A stretch of DNA of 64,000 bases from an uncultured Pirellulaceae bacterium (GCA_964476375.1 CAYYZW010000196.1:2282-66281), one strand, 5' to 3'. Shown: positions 46,654-57,470, counted from the stretch's first letter. Numbers and translations: made by a program. Notes: generated by a model from the letters alone, not told the origin.

Positions 46654-47964
46654 TTAATCAACCCGCTTGTGACCCTCGATGGTGGTGCCATTCTGGTTCT
46701 TGCCAGAATAGCTTTTCCCGTCGGCGCTCAAGTGAACGTGGTCTATCCAGGCTCCGCCGGGGGCCCTGGGATCCACCCAGCGAAGCAGCAACTGGCGCCC
46801 CTCCTGTTTCCAGTAGGACTCGCCCGCTGTTCCGGAGACTTCCCCGGTTGCCTCAAGGAAAATGTCGTAACGATCCCTGCCGTTGACGAGATGGTCCCAG
46901 TTGCCCACCAGTGGGGAGAGCTGCTTCCTGTTCCGCTGGCTTGCCTGTGGGTCCAGGAGTGGATCTTTTACGTGAGGCCAGCCGTCGCGCGACCAGGAGA
47001 CAGGCCGGACCTGGAGAATTCGCCCCTTGCGAACATCCTCGGCATCGTAGACGTGGTAAACAAGATAATCACCCTGCCGGGTCTGCAGCAGGCTGTTATG
47101 CCCCGGCCCCCGCCAGCGGGCATCACTGGCCAGAAGCACCGTCCCGCCTCCCTCCTCCATCACAAAACCGCGATTGTCGATAAAAGGCCCCAGTGGTTTC
47201 TTGCTGCGGCCGATCACGATCTTGTATGTGCTCTTGTCTCCCGCGCAGCAAAAATCCCAGGAGACCATCAGGTAGTAATACGAGCCACGCTTGACCAGGT
47301 AGGGGGCCTCGATATTGGGAGGCTCCGGCTGTTTCGACCGCCGTGCCAGGGAGACATATTCCGGCTGGGTTGAAGAAGGCTTGCCGCTGGCAAGATCGAT
47401 CTGGCAGCCCTTGATTCCTGTCCAGTATGAACCCCAGGTGAGGTATGCCTTGCCGTCGTCGTCCACAAGCATGGCCGGGTCGATCGCGTTGTAATCATTC
47501 GTGCCGGAGGACTCGATGACCATACCCCGGTCCTCCCAGTGATAATCGGGCGCGTCGGGGTCGAGCGTCTTGTTCACCGCCAGGCCTATCACGGATCGCT
47601 GGCTGCCGAACGTGGAAACACTGTAATAAAGGTAGTACTGCCCACCGGCATACTGGATATCCGGCGCCCAGATACCATCGCACCCCGGCACGGCCTGTTC
47701 TGCCCAGGCTGGGACATGCCGGTCAAAGACCGTGCCGATTCGCTGCCACTCTTTTAAATCCGTGCTACGCCAGACGACGACGCCATGCCCGGTGGCGAAG
47801 ATATAGTACCCGCTTCCATCGTGGGCCTCGATGACAGCCGGGTCAGGCACGCCCAGGCGAAGCGATTCCTTGGAAGTAGGATTGAACGGCTCCTCGGCAT
47901 AGACGCTGGCCGAGACCAGAAGAGGTACCAGGAGCAAAGATCTTATTACAATCCTGCTTTCCAT
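46654..47964 (-). CDS. Glycoside hydrolase family 43 (endo-alpha-1,5-L-arabinanase-like), secreted, with a C-terminal extra domain
   Basis: GH43 blocks are present: GIWAPDIQYAGGQYYLYYSVSTFGSQRSVIGLA, NAIDPAMLVDDDGKAYLTWGSYW and IEAPYLVKRGSYYYLMVSWDFCC. The start is set at ATG 47964 (MESRIVIRSLLLVPLLVSASVYA, a signal peptide). This avoids the 50-nt overlap with the upstream gene implied by the ORF-track start at 48018. Confidence 0.8.
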   Translation of the reverse strand: MESRIVIRSLLLVPLLVSASVYAEEPFNPTSKESLRLGVPDPAVIEAHDGSGYYIFATGHGVVVWRSTDLKEWQRIGTVFDRHVPAWAEQAVPGCDGIWAPDIQYAGGQYYLYYSVSTFGSQRSVIGLAVNKTLDPDAPDYHWEDRGMVIESSGTNDYNAIDPAMLVDDDGKAYLTWGSYWTGIKGCQIDLASGKPSSTQPEYVSLARRSKQPEPPNIEAPYLVKRGSYYYLMVSWDFCCAGDKSTYKIVIGRSKKPLGPFIDNRGFVMEEGGGTVLLASDARWRGPGHNSLLQTRQGDYLVYHVYDAEDVRKGRILQVRPVSWSRDGWPHVKDPLLDPQASQRNRKQLSPLVGNWDHLVNGRDRYDIFLEATGEVSGTAGESYWKQEGRQLLLRWVDPRAPGGAWIDHVHLSADGKSYSGKNQNGTTIEGHKRVD

Positions 47965-47968
47965 TGAA

Positions 47969-48958
47969 TTATCCCCGGATGGGATCTGGCTGGGTCCACG
48001 GCGGTGGGCAGATTTCATCCACCCGCGCTAGCACATCCTCGCTGAGGGTGACCCCGGCTGCCGCCACGGCCTGCTGGACCTGTTCCAGCCGGGTGGCCCC
48101 GACGACCAGGGAACCAATGGCGGGCTGTGACAGGGCCCAGGCCAGGGAAAACTGTGCCATCGACAGGTTCGCATCGGCCGCCAGTTGCTCGAGCCCTTCC
48201 AGACGGTCAAACAGGCCATCGTCCAGTTCCCACAGCCACTGTGGCTTGTCCGCTCCCCGCGATTCCCCGGGCGGTTGCTGACCCCGACGGTACTTGCCGG
48301 TCAGGAGCCCACCCTGGAGCGGCTGGTAGGGGGTCACGCAGATATTCTTCTCGGCACAGAATCCCAGGTCGTGGTGAAATTCCCGCCGCAGCAGGCTGAA
48401 GGGGATCTGCGAGGCAACGATCGGCGCGAGGCTGTTTCGTTCAGCGATCCAGAGCATCTCGCAGAGCTGGGTGGCATCGTGGTTGGAGGATCCGAGGAAA
48501 CGAACCTTTCCCTGCTGGTGAGCCTTGTCCATGGCCGCAAGGGACTCATCCAGCGGGGTCAGCCTGTCCGGCCAGTGCATGATATAGAGGTCGATGACGT
48601 CCAGCTGCAGGCGTCGCAGGCTATGATCGACTTGCTCCAGGATGTGGGCTGCCGAGAGGCCACGGTCCCCAGGTCCTGGGCCGACCGGTGCACAGACCTT
48701 GGTGGCCACGATCACCTCGTCACGACGATCACGGATTGCCTTGCCGAGGATTTCCTCGGCGACGCCCCCGGCGCTTCCCAGCACCCGGTCATATCCCTCG
48801 TAGACATTGGCGGTATCGATAAAGTTGATACCCAGGTCGATTGCACCATGCACCATCTCTATGGCATCGGCCTCGGCAACGGGTCGCCCGAAGGTCATCG
48901 TTCCCAGGCAGATCGGGGAGACACGCAGTCCACTTGCCCCCAGTTCCTGCTTTTCCAT
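47969..48958 (-). CDS. Aldo/keto reductase
   Basis: 329 aa. Motifs: LGTMTFG, GINFIDTANVYEGY, VIVATKV and DLYIMHWPD. Confidence 0.9.
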   Translation of the reverse strand: MEKQELGASGLRVSPICLGTMTFGRPVAEADAIEMVHGAIDLGINFIDTANVYEGYDRVLGSAGGVAEEILGKAIRDRRDEVIVATKVCAPVGPGPGDRGLSAAHILEQVDHSLRRLQLDVIDLYIMHWPDRLTPLDESLAAMDKAHQQGKVRFLGSSNHDATQLCEMLWIAERNSLAPIVASQIPFSLLRREFHHDLGFCAEKNICVTPYQPLQGGLLTGKYRRGQQPPGESRGADKPQWLWELDDGLFDRLEGLEQLAADANLSMAQFSLAWALSQPAIGSLVVGATRLEQVQQAVAAAGVTLSEDVLARVDEICPPPWTQPDPIRG

Positions 48959-48975
48959 AACCCGTTCCTCGTTGC

Positions 48976-50331
48976 TTATTGCACCATCCGCCGGGCAAAG
49001 GTGTCGGTCTTGAGTTCACATTCCAGCTGATCCTCGACCGTTCCACTTTCCAGTGCCTCGCGGATCAGCACCAGTGTTTCCCGCATGGCATCAAGTGTCT
49101 GTTCTACTTCCGCCGGGCCATGCGAGGCATTCATGTAAAAAGACATTCCCATATGACAGCCCCGCTTTGCCATCTCCTGGATGAACAGTGTGGTGAGCTG
49201 TTGCTTGAGCAGGGGATTGTCCTCCTGGAAGGAAAAGTGCGGATGAAACTCTATCCCCCCGGCGGTCATCGGGACGCCCACCTCCGCGGCAAGGTCACGG
49301 ACCGATTGAACCAGCCCCTGGCCCACGTCCGCCAGCTGTGCGGGAACCCCGCGCCGCTCCACCTCGTTGATTGTTGTCAGTGCGGCCCTCAGGCCGACCG
49401 TGTCACTCCAGTATGTGCTGGAGATGAACATCGGGTGCGCGGCTTCCATGACCGCTCGCTGGCCGACGATGGCCCCCATGGCAAAGCCATTGGAGAGGGA
49501 CTTGGCAAAGACAGCCATGTCGGGCACCACGTCCAGCCGGGCCTGGATACCACCGGCCGATGGTCGCAGGCCGGTGGAAACTTCATCTAAAATAAGCACC
49601 ACGTCATGCCGCCTGGCAAGCTCCTGGACTCCCGCCAGGTAACCTTCCGGCGGCCAGTCGCTCCGCAGCGGTTCCATGATGATCGCCGCCACCTCGCCGT
49701 CGTGTTCCCGGAGCCTCTGCTCGAGGGCCTCCAGGTCACCATAGGGAAACGGGATCGCTGTGCCGGCCAGGGCAGACGGAACTCCGATTGGCTCGATGCC
49801 CGGAAGCAGGTGACTGTCCAGCTGGTCCCCGCCCAGGTTGGCTGCCAGGTACCAGTCATGCCATCCGTGGTAACCACAGAAAAGCACCTTGTCCCTCCCG
49901 GTTGCCCCGCGGGCAATTCTCACGGCAACCAGGCAGGCTTCCCCCCCTCCCTTGGCATAGCGAACCATTTCCGCACAGGGGACCAGTTCGATCAGCCGTT
50001 CTGCCAGCTCGATTTCCAGTGGATGGTTAATCGAGTAAAGGCTGCCGCTGCGGATCTGGTCACAGACGGCCTGGTCGACGACCGGGTCGGCATATCCCAG
50101 GATGATGGCACCGATACCACTCATCCAGTCGACATATTCGTGGCCGTCGACATCGGTGAACCGTGCCCCGCTCGCCTGCGTCGTGTAAACCGGTGAGATT
50201 CCATAGGCGAACCGGGTGGGTCGGCGGCTCACCAGTTGCGTGCCGCCGGGGATCAACTCCAGTGCCTGCTCGTAAAGCTCCATGGAGCGCGCCACGCGGC
50301 CGGAAGCCTGCAAGGCAGATTTATCGTTCAT
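48976..50331 (-). CDS. Class III (PLP-dependent) aminotransferase, glutamate-1-semialdehyde aminomutase-like
   Basis: 451 aa. Motifs: GYADPVV, FCGYHGWHDW, LILDEVSTGLR, and the PLP-lysine context FAKSLSNGFAMGA. Confidence 0.8.
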   Translation of the reverse strand: MNDKSALQASGRVARSMELYEQALELIPGGTQLVSRRPTRFAYGISPVYTTQASGARFTDVDGHEYVDWMSGIGAIILGYADPVVDQAVCDQIRSGSLYSINHPLEIELAERLIELVPCAEMVRYAKGGGEACLVAVRIARGATGRDKVLFCGYHGWHDWYLAANLGGDQLDSHLLPGIEPIGVPSALAGTAIPFPYGDLEALEQRLREHDGEVAAIIMEPLRSDWPPEGYLAGVQELARRHDVVLILDEVSTGLRPSAGGIQARLDVVPDMAVFAKSLSNGFAMGAIVGQRAVMEAAHPMFISSTYWSDTVGLRAALTTINEVERRGVPAQLADVGQGLVQSVRDLAAEVGVPMTAGGIEFHPHFSFQEDNPLLKQQLTTLFIQEMAKRGCHMGMSFYMNASHGPAEVEQTLDAMRETLVLIREALESGTVEDQLECELKTDTFARRMVQ

Positions 50332-50433
50332 AACAATTACTCACTATCCTGCCGCGGGATTGAAAGAGGCTCCCGCGGCTGTCATTATCATGGGAACAGG
50401 AAAGACGGCCTGCTGTGTCTGGAGCTGATCCTC

Positions 50434-53400
50434 ATGTATCGAATTATAGGAAAATGTTGGCTGCTGCTGTCCTGCGCGGGACTGTTTTTCCTTGCCGATT
50501 TACTCCAGGCAGAGGACCCGGCTGGGAGTTTCTTTGACAGCGAAGTCGCACCGCTGCTGGCTGCCCGCTGCGCGGAATGTCATCACGAGGAGGAGCCCGA
50601 GGGGAAGCTGAACCTGCTCAGCCAGGCGCCAGCCCGTAAGGGAGGCGAGAATGGGCCGGCCCTTGTCCCCGGCAATCTCCGGCAGAGCCTTCTCTGGCAG
50701 CGGGTTGTCGCCGATGAAATGCCCCCGGAAGACCCGCTTGATAAGCGGGAAAAGCAGATTCTGAAAAAGTGGATTGAAGACGGGGCCCGCTGGGGAACTG
50801 ACCCGGTTGACAGGTTCCGCTATACCACCGACAAGCGAGCTGGTTATGACTGGTGGGCCCTGCAGCCGTTCCAGCCGCAGAAGATTCCATCGCCCCGGCG
50901 CCATCGCCGGGTGCGCAACCCGATTGACGCCTTCCTTCTTTCCCGACTGGAAGAGGAGGGGCTCTCTTTTTCCGAGGATGCCGATCCCCGTACGCTTGTT
51001 CGGCGAGCCTACCTTGACTTCCATGGTCTCCCCCCGACGCCGGAGGACGTGGAGCAATTTGTTGCCGACCCGAGCGAGGAAGCGTACCAGCAGCTTCTGA
51101 CCGACCTGCTCGATTCACCCCGCTATGGCGAGCGATGGGGCCGTCACTGGCTGGACGTGGTGCGGTTCGGCGAGAGCGACGGGTTTGAGAGGAACAATCC
51201 CCGCAAGAACTTCTGGCCTTACCGTGACTGGGTGATCGAGGCGCTCAATGCCGATATGCCTTACAGCGAATTTGTCCGCATGCAGGTGGCGGGGGATGTG
51301 ATCAAGCCCGACACGGCCGAGGGATATGCTGCTGTTGGCTTCCTGGTGGCTGCAGTGCACAACACGGTTGTGGGTGGCAGCGAGATGATGAAGCGGCAGT
51401 CCCGCGCCGATGAAATCGAGGAACTGGTGGGGGCTATTGGCCAGACCTTTGTCGGGCTGACGGTCAACTGTGCCCGCTGCCATGCACACAAGTTTGATCC
51501 AATTTCCCAGGATGAGTATTACCAGCTCAGTGCCGCTGTGGCCGGGCTCAACCACGGAACCCGCGAGATCCAGCAGCCGGAGCAGCGCCAGCATGCCGAG
51601 CAGCTTGAGGCCAGGCGGAAAGAGGTCGCCACCCGGCTGACCGCCATTCGCACACGCGTGCGCGAACAGATTCTTGAGAAACGCAAGGGCACGGATCCGC
51701 CTGTTGTTGATCTCCCGGCACCCCTGGCGAGCTGGGAATTTGAAGAGGACTTCCAGGACAGCATCGGTACCCTGCATGGCACTCCACGGGGTGGTGCGCA
51801 CCTGGAAAATGGCGCCCTGGTACTTGACGGCAAGGATGATTACGTGATCACCGCCCCGATCACCAGGGAGATCACCGAGAAGACGCTCACGGCGCTGGTC
51901 CAGCTCGACAATCTCGATCAGCGAGGAGGGGGGGTGATCAGCCTGGAAACGACCGGGGGGGGTATCTTTGATGCGATCGTGTTTGGTGAAAGAGAGGCAC
52001 GACACTGGATGGCGGGAAGCAATGTCTTTGCCAGGACCGAGCCGTTCCAGGGCACGGAAGAGAAGGAGGTCACGGGTCGACCCGTGCATATCGCCATTGT
52101 TTATCGGAAGGACGGGACGATCACCGGCTACCGTGACGGAATGCTTTACGGCAGGTCCTACAAGACCGGCTTCCAGGCCTTTCCCGCGGACGGAGCTTCC
52201 CTGCTGTTTGGACTTCGGCACTCGCCGGCGGGTAACAACAAGCTTCTTGCAGGTCGTGTGCTACAGGCACAGCTCTTTGACCGGGCACTGGATGCCGAGG
52301 CGGTAGCGGCTGTTTCCGGGGATCCACAGAACTATATTCCAGAAAAGGAGATCGTCGCCTTTCTCAAGGGTGAGCAGCAGGCCGGCTACCTCGAGCTCAC
52401 GCAAAGGCAGCAGGAACTTGACGAGCAGATCAGCAAGGCTTCCCAGGCAGCGAAGCTGGTGATCTACACCAACGTGCCCCGCAGCCCGGCAGAGACTTTC
52501 TTCCTGAACCGCGGTGATGTGATGAACCGGGGCGAGCTGGTTGGCCCGGGTACCATCCGTGCTATTGCCGGGCTTTCAGGGGATCTTGGCCTTACCATGG
52601 ACGCCGGGGATGCAGAGCGTCGCCTGGCACTTGCCGACTGGCTCACCAGTGACCAGAACGCCCTGGCAACGCGCGTGATCGTGAACCGGCTCTGGCATTA
52701 TCACTTTGGCTCGGGGATCGTTGATACGCCCAGCGACTTTGGCTTCAATGGCTCACGACCGACTCACCCGGAACTGCTCGACTGGCTTTCCCAGCAGCTC
52801 CGCGAGAGTGAGTACCGCCTCAAGACCCTCCATCGCCTGGTTGCCTCTTCCACGGCCTACCGGCAGTCATCACGCTTCCGTGCCCGGTCGGCAGAAATGG
52901 ATGCCGATAACCGGCTGCTGTGGCGCAAGAGCCCGTACCGCGCGGAGGGAGAGGTGGTACGGGATTCGATCCTTGCGGTCAGTGGCCAGTTGAATGATAT
53001 GGCCGGCGGACCGGGGTTTGAAGATGTGAAGATTGAGCCCAACAACGGCACAACGTATTACAAGCCGTTTGACATGGACGACCCCAGTCTGAACCGCCGC
53101 ACAATCTACCGCTTTTCCCCACGCGGAGAGAGGATGGCCCTGCTGGATGTGTTTGACTGCCCGGATCCATCCGCCGCCGCACCGCGCCGCAGCCCCACGA
53201 CTACTCCACTGCAGGCTCTCAGCCTGCTCAATAATGCCTTTGTCCTTCGCATGGCAGATCATCTTGCCGCGAAGGTGAAAGAAGAAATGGGAGAGGCGCA
53301 GGTTTCGAAACAGGTCGACCGTGTTTTCCAGTTGACCCTGGGACGACTGGCGGAAAAAGAGGAGCAAGAAAAAGCGGTTGCACTCGTGGAGCAGCATGGC

Positions 53401-53457
53401 CTGGCGATCTTGGCCCGCACGCTTTTTAACACCAACGAGTTCCTGGTGATTCCCTGA
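50434..53457 (+). CDS. PSCyt1 + DUF1549 + LamG-like + DUF1553 protein, 'class I'
   Basis: The start is set at ATG 50434 (MYRIIGKCWLLLSCAGLFFLADLLQA, a signal peptide), because the ORF-track start at 50236 would overlap the divergent aminotransferase gene. Motifs: CAECHHEEEPEGKLNL, CARCHAHKFDPI, a LamG/concanavalin-like insert (LENGALVLDGKDDYV...LFDRAL), and a C-terminal TNEFLVIP. Confidence 0.85.
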   Translation: MYRIIGKCWLLLSCAGLFFLADLLQAEDPAGSFFDSEVAPLLAARCAECHHEEEPEGKLNLLSQAPARKGGENGPALVPGNLRQSLLWQRVVADEMPPEDPLDKREKQILKKWIEDGARWGTDPVDRFRYTTDKRAGYDWWALQPFQPQKIPSPRRHRRVRNPIDAFLLSRLEEEGLSFSEDADPRTLVRRAYLDFHGLPPTPEDVEQFVADPSEEAYQQLLTDLLDSPRYGERWGRHWLDVVRFGESDGFERNNPRKNFWPYRDWVIEALNADMPYSEFVRMQVAGDVIKPDTAEGYAAVGFLVAAVHNTVVGGSEMMKRQSRADEIEELVGAIGQTFVGLTVNCARCHAHKFDPISQDEYYQLSAAVAGLNHGTREIQQPEQRQHAEQLEARRKEVATRLTAIRTRVREQILEKRKGTDPPVVDLPAPLASWEFEEDFQDSIGTLHGTPRGGAHLENGALVLDGKDDYVITAPITREITEKTLTALVQLDNLDQRGGGVISLETTGGGIFDAIVFGEREARHWMAGSNVFARTEPFQGTEEKEVTGRPVHIAIVYRKDGTITGYRDGMLYGRSYKTGFQAFPADGASLLFGLRHSPAGNNKLLAGRVLQAQLFDRALDAEAVAAVSGDPQNYIPEKEIVAFLKGEQQAGYLELTQRQQELDEQISKASQAAKLVIYTNVPRSPAETFFLNRGDVMNRGELVGPGTIRAIAGLSGDLGLTMDAGDAERRLALADWLTSDQNALATRVIVNRLWHYHFGSGIVDTPSDFGFNGSRPTHPELLDWLSQQLRESEYRLKTLHRLVASSTAYRQSSRFRARSAEMDADNRLLWRKSPYRAEGEVVRDSILAVSGQLNDMAGGPGFEDVKIEPNNGTTYYKPFDMDDPSLNRRTIYRFSPRGERMALLDVFDCPDPSAAAPRRSPTTTPLQALSLLNNAFVLRMADHLAAKVKEEMGEAQVSKQVDRVFQLTLGRLAEKEEQEKAVALVEQHGLAILARTLFNTNEFLVIP

Positions 53458-53468
53458 ATGAGGAAAGC

Positions 53469-54896
53469 ATGAACCGGTCCCTTCATCGTCGCACGTTTTG
53501 CCAGTGGAGCCTCGAGGGCCTGGGGTCCATTGCTCTTCTGGATCTCCTTCGCCGTGACGGTCTGCTGGGCCAGGAAGGTGCCCTGGAAGGGGGGCTGCAT
53601 CATCCGCCGCGCGTGAAGCGAGCGATCCAGATCTGCCTGGTGGGTGGAATGAGCCATGTTGACTCGTATGACTACAAGCCGGAGCTGAGCAAGCGGCAGG
53701 GGAAATCACTTGACACGACGGTCAAGCCGGACATTTTCTTTGGCAAGGTTGGCCTGCTGCGGGGAAGCGACTGGGAATTTCGCCAGCGCGGTGAAAGTGG
53801 GCTCTGGATTTCCGAGATGTTCCCAGAGATCGCCAGGCGGGCGGATATGCTGACCGTGATTCGTTCGATGGTCTCGGACTCGGCAAACCATACACCGGCC
53901 CTGTTTGTCTCCAACAGTGGTTTCCAGGCCAACGGCTTTCCATCGCTGGGAAGCTGGCTGTCATTTGGGCTGGGGAGTGAGACAGAATCTCTCCCCGCCT
54001 ATGTTGTCCTGCCGGATGGCCGTGGGGGGCCCAACGGGGGTGCCTCGAACTGGAGCAGCGGCTTTTTGCCGGGTGAACACCAGGCTGTCGTCTTGCGTGG
54101 TGGAGATCAGCCAGTCCGCGACCTCTTCCCGTCCACACCGATCAGCGAACTGGCGGAGCGGGAGAGTCTCTCGCTCCTGCAACATCTCAACGAGAGGCAC
54201 CTTGCCAAAAATGGCCAGGATCAGCAATTGCTGGCCCGAATTCAAAGCTATGAACTGGCAGGACGGATGCAGCTGTCGGTGCCGGAGGTGAGTGACTATT
54301 CCTCCGAACCGGAGAGCGTTCGGGAGAAATATGGACTCCATGACCCTGCCACCGAGGACATGGGTCGCCGTTGTCTCTTGGGTCGCCGCTTGCTCCAGCG
54401 TGGAGTCCGTTTTGTCCAGCTTTACTCGGGCGGCCCGATTGCCGGGAGTCCGAGAGCAAGCTGGGATGCCCATGAAAGTGTCAAGGATAATCACACGCTG
54501 GAAGCCGGTAAAATCGACAGGCCCGTGGCGGCCCTGCTGGATGACCTTCAGCAGAGAGGAATGCTCAAGGACACGCTGGTGCTCTTCACGACCGAGTTTG
54601 GTCGAACGCCCTTTGCCCAGTCCGATGCCGACAAGGTCGGTCCCGGGCGCGATCACAACCGCTATGGGTTCAGTTGCTGGATGGCCGGGGGTGGCCTGCG
54701 GCCTGGATTCGCTTTTGGGGAAACGGATGAGGTTGGATGGAAAGCGGTCACTGATCCGGTCAGCTGGAATGACTTTCACGCGACGATCATGCATCTGTTT
54801 GGTGTCGACCACCGGAAACTGACCTTTTATCACAATGGCATCCAGCGAAGGCTGACGAATGTTGCCGGTGATGTTGTCACGGGTGTTCTTGCCTGA
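53469..54896 (+). CDS. DUF1501 domain protein, Tat-exported ('class I' signature)
   Basis: 475 aa. Motifs: SLHRRTFCQW, ICLVGGMSHVDSYDYKP and GPGRDHNRYGFSCWMAGGG. GAGGAAAG lies upstream, and the gene starts 11 nt after the PSD stop. Confidence 0.85.
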   Translation: MNRSLHRRTFCQWSLEGLGSIALLDLLRRDGLLGQEGALEGGLHHPPRVKRAIQICLVGGMSHVDSYDYKPELSKRQGKSLDTTVKPDIFFGKVGLLRGSDWEFRQRGESGLWISEMFPEIARRADMLTVIRSMVSDSANHTPALFVSNSGFQANGFPSLGSWLSFGLGSETESLPAYVVLPDGRGGPNGGASNWSSGFLPGEHQAVVLRGGDQPVRDLFPSTPISELAERESLSLLQHLNERHLAKNGQDQQLLARIQSYELAGRMQLSVPEVSDYSSEPESVREKYGLHDPATEDMGRRCLLGRRLLQRGVRFVQLYSGGPIAGSPRASWDAHESVKDNHTLEAGKIDRPVAALLDDLQQRGMLKDTLVLFTTEFGRTPFAQSDADKVGPGRDHNRYGFSCWMAGGGLRPGFAFGETDEVGWKAVTDPVSWNDFHATIMHLFGVDHRKLTFYHNGIQRRLTNVAGDVVTGVLA

Positions 54897-55001
54897 GGTG
54901 GCTGATATGGAATCCCTCCGGTGAATAGTCAATAATAAGGAACACGTCGATCGACCTGGTTGGCGTACCGACCCACCTGCTTTCACACCCCAGGGCGGAT
55001 C

Positions 55002-57446
55002 ATGCGTTACGCAACTTGTCAAACGATCCTCCTGGTCACCCTGTTGGTCGTCCCGGTTAACCTGCTGGCCCAGTCGTCCGCCCGGACCGAGCCAATTAGC
55101 AGGATCGAGTTGATGCCGGCAGAAGTGGTGCTTGAAGGAGCCGGTGCCAGTCGCCAGCTCCTGGTCACGGGTATCACCCGCTCGGGAGAAGAGGTCGACC
55201 TCACCCACCAGGCGAGTTACCAGTTGTCCGGCCCGGAAATTGCCATCGTGGACAACCAGGGAGTGATCCAGTCACGAGGCGATGGAGAGGGACGGCTGAG
55301 GTTGCGTGCCCGTGGATAGGACCTGGTGACCTCCGTCCGCGTGGCCGGTTCCACGGTCCGCCGGCCGTTAAATTTTAATAATGACGTGATTCCGATCATG
55401 AGTCGCTTTGGCTGCAACGCGTCGGGTTGCCACGGAAAGGCGGAGGGCCAAAACGGGTTCAAACTCTCGGTTTTTGGTTTTGATGCTACCAGCGATTTCC
55501 AGGCACTGGTGATGCAGGGACGTGGCCGCCGGGTTTTTCCAGCCAGCCCGGAGAAGAGCCTGCTGCTGCAGAAGGTATCCGGTGGTACACCGCATGGTGG
55601 CGGTGTGCGAATTATCCCGGGACAGCCGGCTTATGAGACCCTGCTCAACTGGATAAAAGCGGGCACGCCCGTTGGCCGGGATGATGATCCTCGGGTTGTT
55701 GGCATCCAGGTGTTCCCGGACCAGCGAGTTGTGAATATGACCAGGCCGCAACAGCTCCAGGTGATTGCAAGCTTTTCAGATGGACGGGTGGAAGATGTGA
55801 CCCGGCTTTCTTCCTTCCAGACCAATAGTGAAATACTCGGCACCGTGGATGAAACCGGCCTGGTGATGGCGGGCGAGTCACCTGGGACCGTGGCGGTGAT
55901 GGCGACCTACATGGGGCAGGTGGACGTCTTTCGGGCCATTATCCCTCGTACCGAGTCGATCCGCGAATACCCGGATGTGGCAGAAGAGAATTTTATTGAC
56001 CGGCACGTGAACGATCAGCTGCGCAAGCTGAACCTTCTTCCCTCTCCTCCCGCGGACGATGCCACGTTCCTCCGCCGCGTCTACCTGGACATCATAGGCA
56101 CGCTCCCCACCGCAGCCGAGGCCAGGCAGTTCCTGGAGGAGAGGGATCCGGAGCGACGAGCCAGGCTGGTTGATCGCCTGCTGGAGCGGCCGGAGTTCGC
56201 TGACTACTGGGCGCTGAAATGGTCGGATCTTTTGCGGGTTGACCGGCTTGCACTGGGGCACAAGAGTGCCTTTGAGTATTACCGCTGGATTCGTGACAGC
56301 ATCGCCGAGCACAAGCCACTTGACCAGTTCGCCAGGGAAATCCTGTTGGCCGAAGGCCCGCTGCGAGACTCTGCCGCCGGCGTCTTTTACAAGGCGGTGG
56401 GTTCTCCCAACAAGCAGGCGAGTACCCTTTCCCAGATCTTCCTGGGGATACGAATCGAGTGCGCCGAGTGCCACCATCACCCGTTTGACCGCTGGAGCCA
56501 GAACGATTATTTCGGCATGCAGTCGTTCTTTACCCAGGTCAAGTTCAAGGGGTCGCCGCAGGGGGAGGTGATCTTTACCGAGGGTAACCCGGAGACGAAA
56601 CATCCCCGCAGTGGTGCCCCGGTTTTCGCCTATCCGCTGGGCGAGACCATGCCGGGAGAACACCCTGCCGGGGATCGCCGCGTGACACTGGCTCGCTGGT
56701 TCACGTCGGGAGAGAATCCCTTTTTTGCACGCAACCTGGCCAACCGGGCCTGGGCTCATTTCATGGGTTCCGGGGTCGTGCAACCGGTGGATGATGTGCG
56801 GTTAACCAATCCCCCGTCCAACCCGGCGCTGCTCGACGGGCTCGCCAAGGACCTGGTCGCGCATGGCTTTGATTTCCGGCAGCTGGTCCGTGCGATCACC
56901 AGCTCGGCTGCCTACCAGCGCAGCTCCTCGGTCAGTAAGAACAATGCGCGCGACGAGCAGAACTACTCCCGCTACCTGTTCAAGCAGCTGGAAGCGGAGG
57001 TCTTCATGGATGCGATAAGCCAGACAACCGGGATCGCGGAGAAGTTCCATGGTGTTCCGGAAGGGAGCCGCGCGATCCAGTTATGGGATAGCCAGGTACC
57101 GCACTACCTGTTGAAATTATTCGGTCGGCCTTCACGAGTCACGGCGTGTGATTGTGAGCGGATTTCCGAGCCAACGGTGGGGCAGGTTCTGCATGTGTTA
57201 AATTCCCCGGAAATTCACAAGAAAATATCCCATGCCGGGGGGCATATTGCTGTACTGGTCGCTGGAATACCGGACAATGACGTCCTGGTAGATGAGCTTT
57301 ACCTGACATTTTTCGCCCGTTTTCCAGATGTGGCCGAGAGGAAAAATGGCGTAGAATACATAAACAGCCAACCGGATCGACGTCATGCAGCCGAAGATCT
57401 TTCATGGAGCATGATGAATTCGCTGGAGTTCATGTTTAACCACTAA
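55002..57446 (+). pseudogene. Ig-like (Big_2) + DUF1549 + DUF1553 'class II' gene interrupted by a single in-frame TAG (55317-55319)
   Basis: ORFs 54960-55319 and 55326-57446 are in the same frame. Read through, the sequence ...GEGRLRLRARG*DLVTSVRVAG...FGCNASGCHGKAEGQNGF aligns colinearly with paralogs 35342 (...MIRVKYKRWRSDVTVTV...HGCNMGACHA) and 29743. The signal peptide begins at ATG 55002 (MRYATCQTILLVTLLVVPVNLLAQ). Downstream motifs are CAECHHHPFDRW and a C-terminal SLEFMFNH. Confidence 0.7.
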
Positions 57447-57470
57447 TAGCTTGTGCCAGAGGGAAAAAAA

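Noticed and set aside
51928-51962. G7 and G8 homopolymer runs inside the LamG region of ORF 50434, considered as possible slipped-strand phase-variation sites.
   Set aside because: Equivalent 7-8 nt G/C runs occur in many other genes here (for example 7325-7332, 19605-19612 and 34424-34430). They always encode Gly-Gly-Gly with GGG codons. This is a codon-usage by-product rather than a localised contingency tract.
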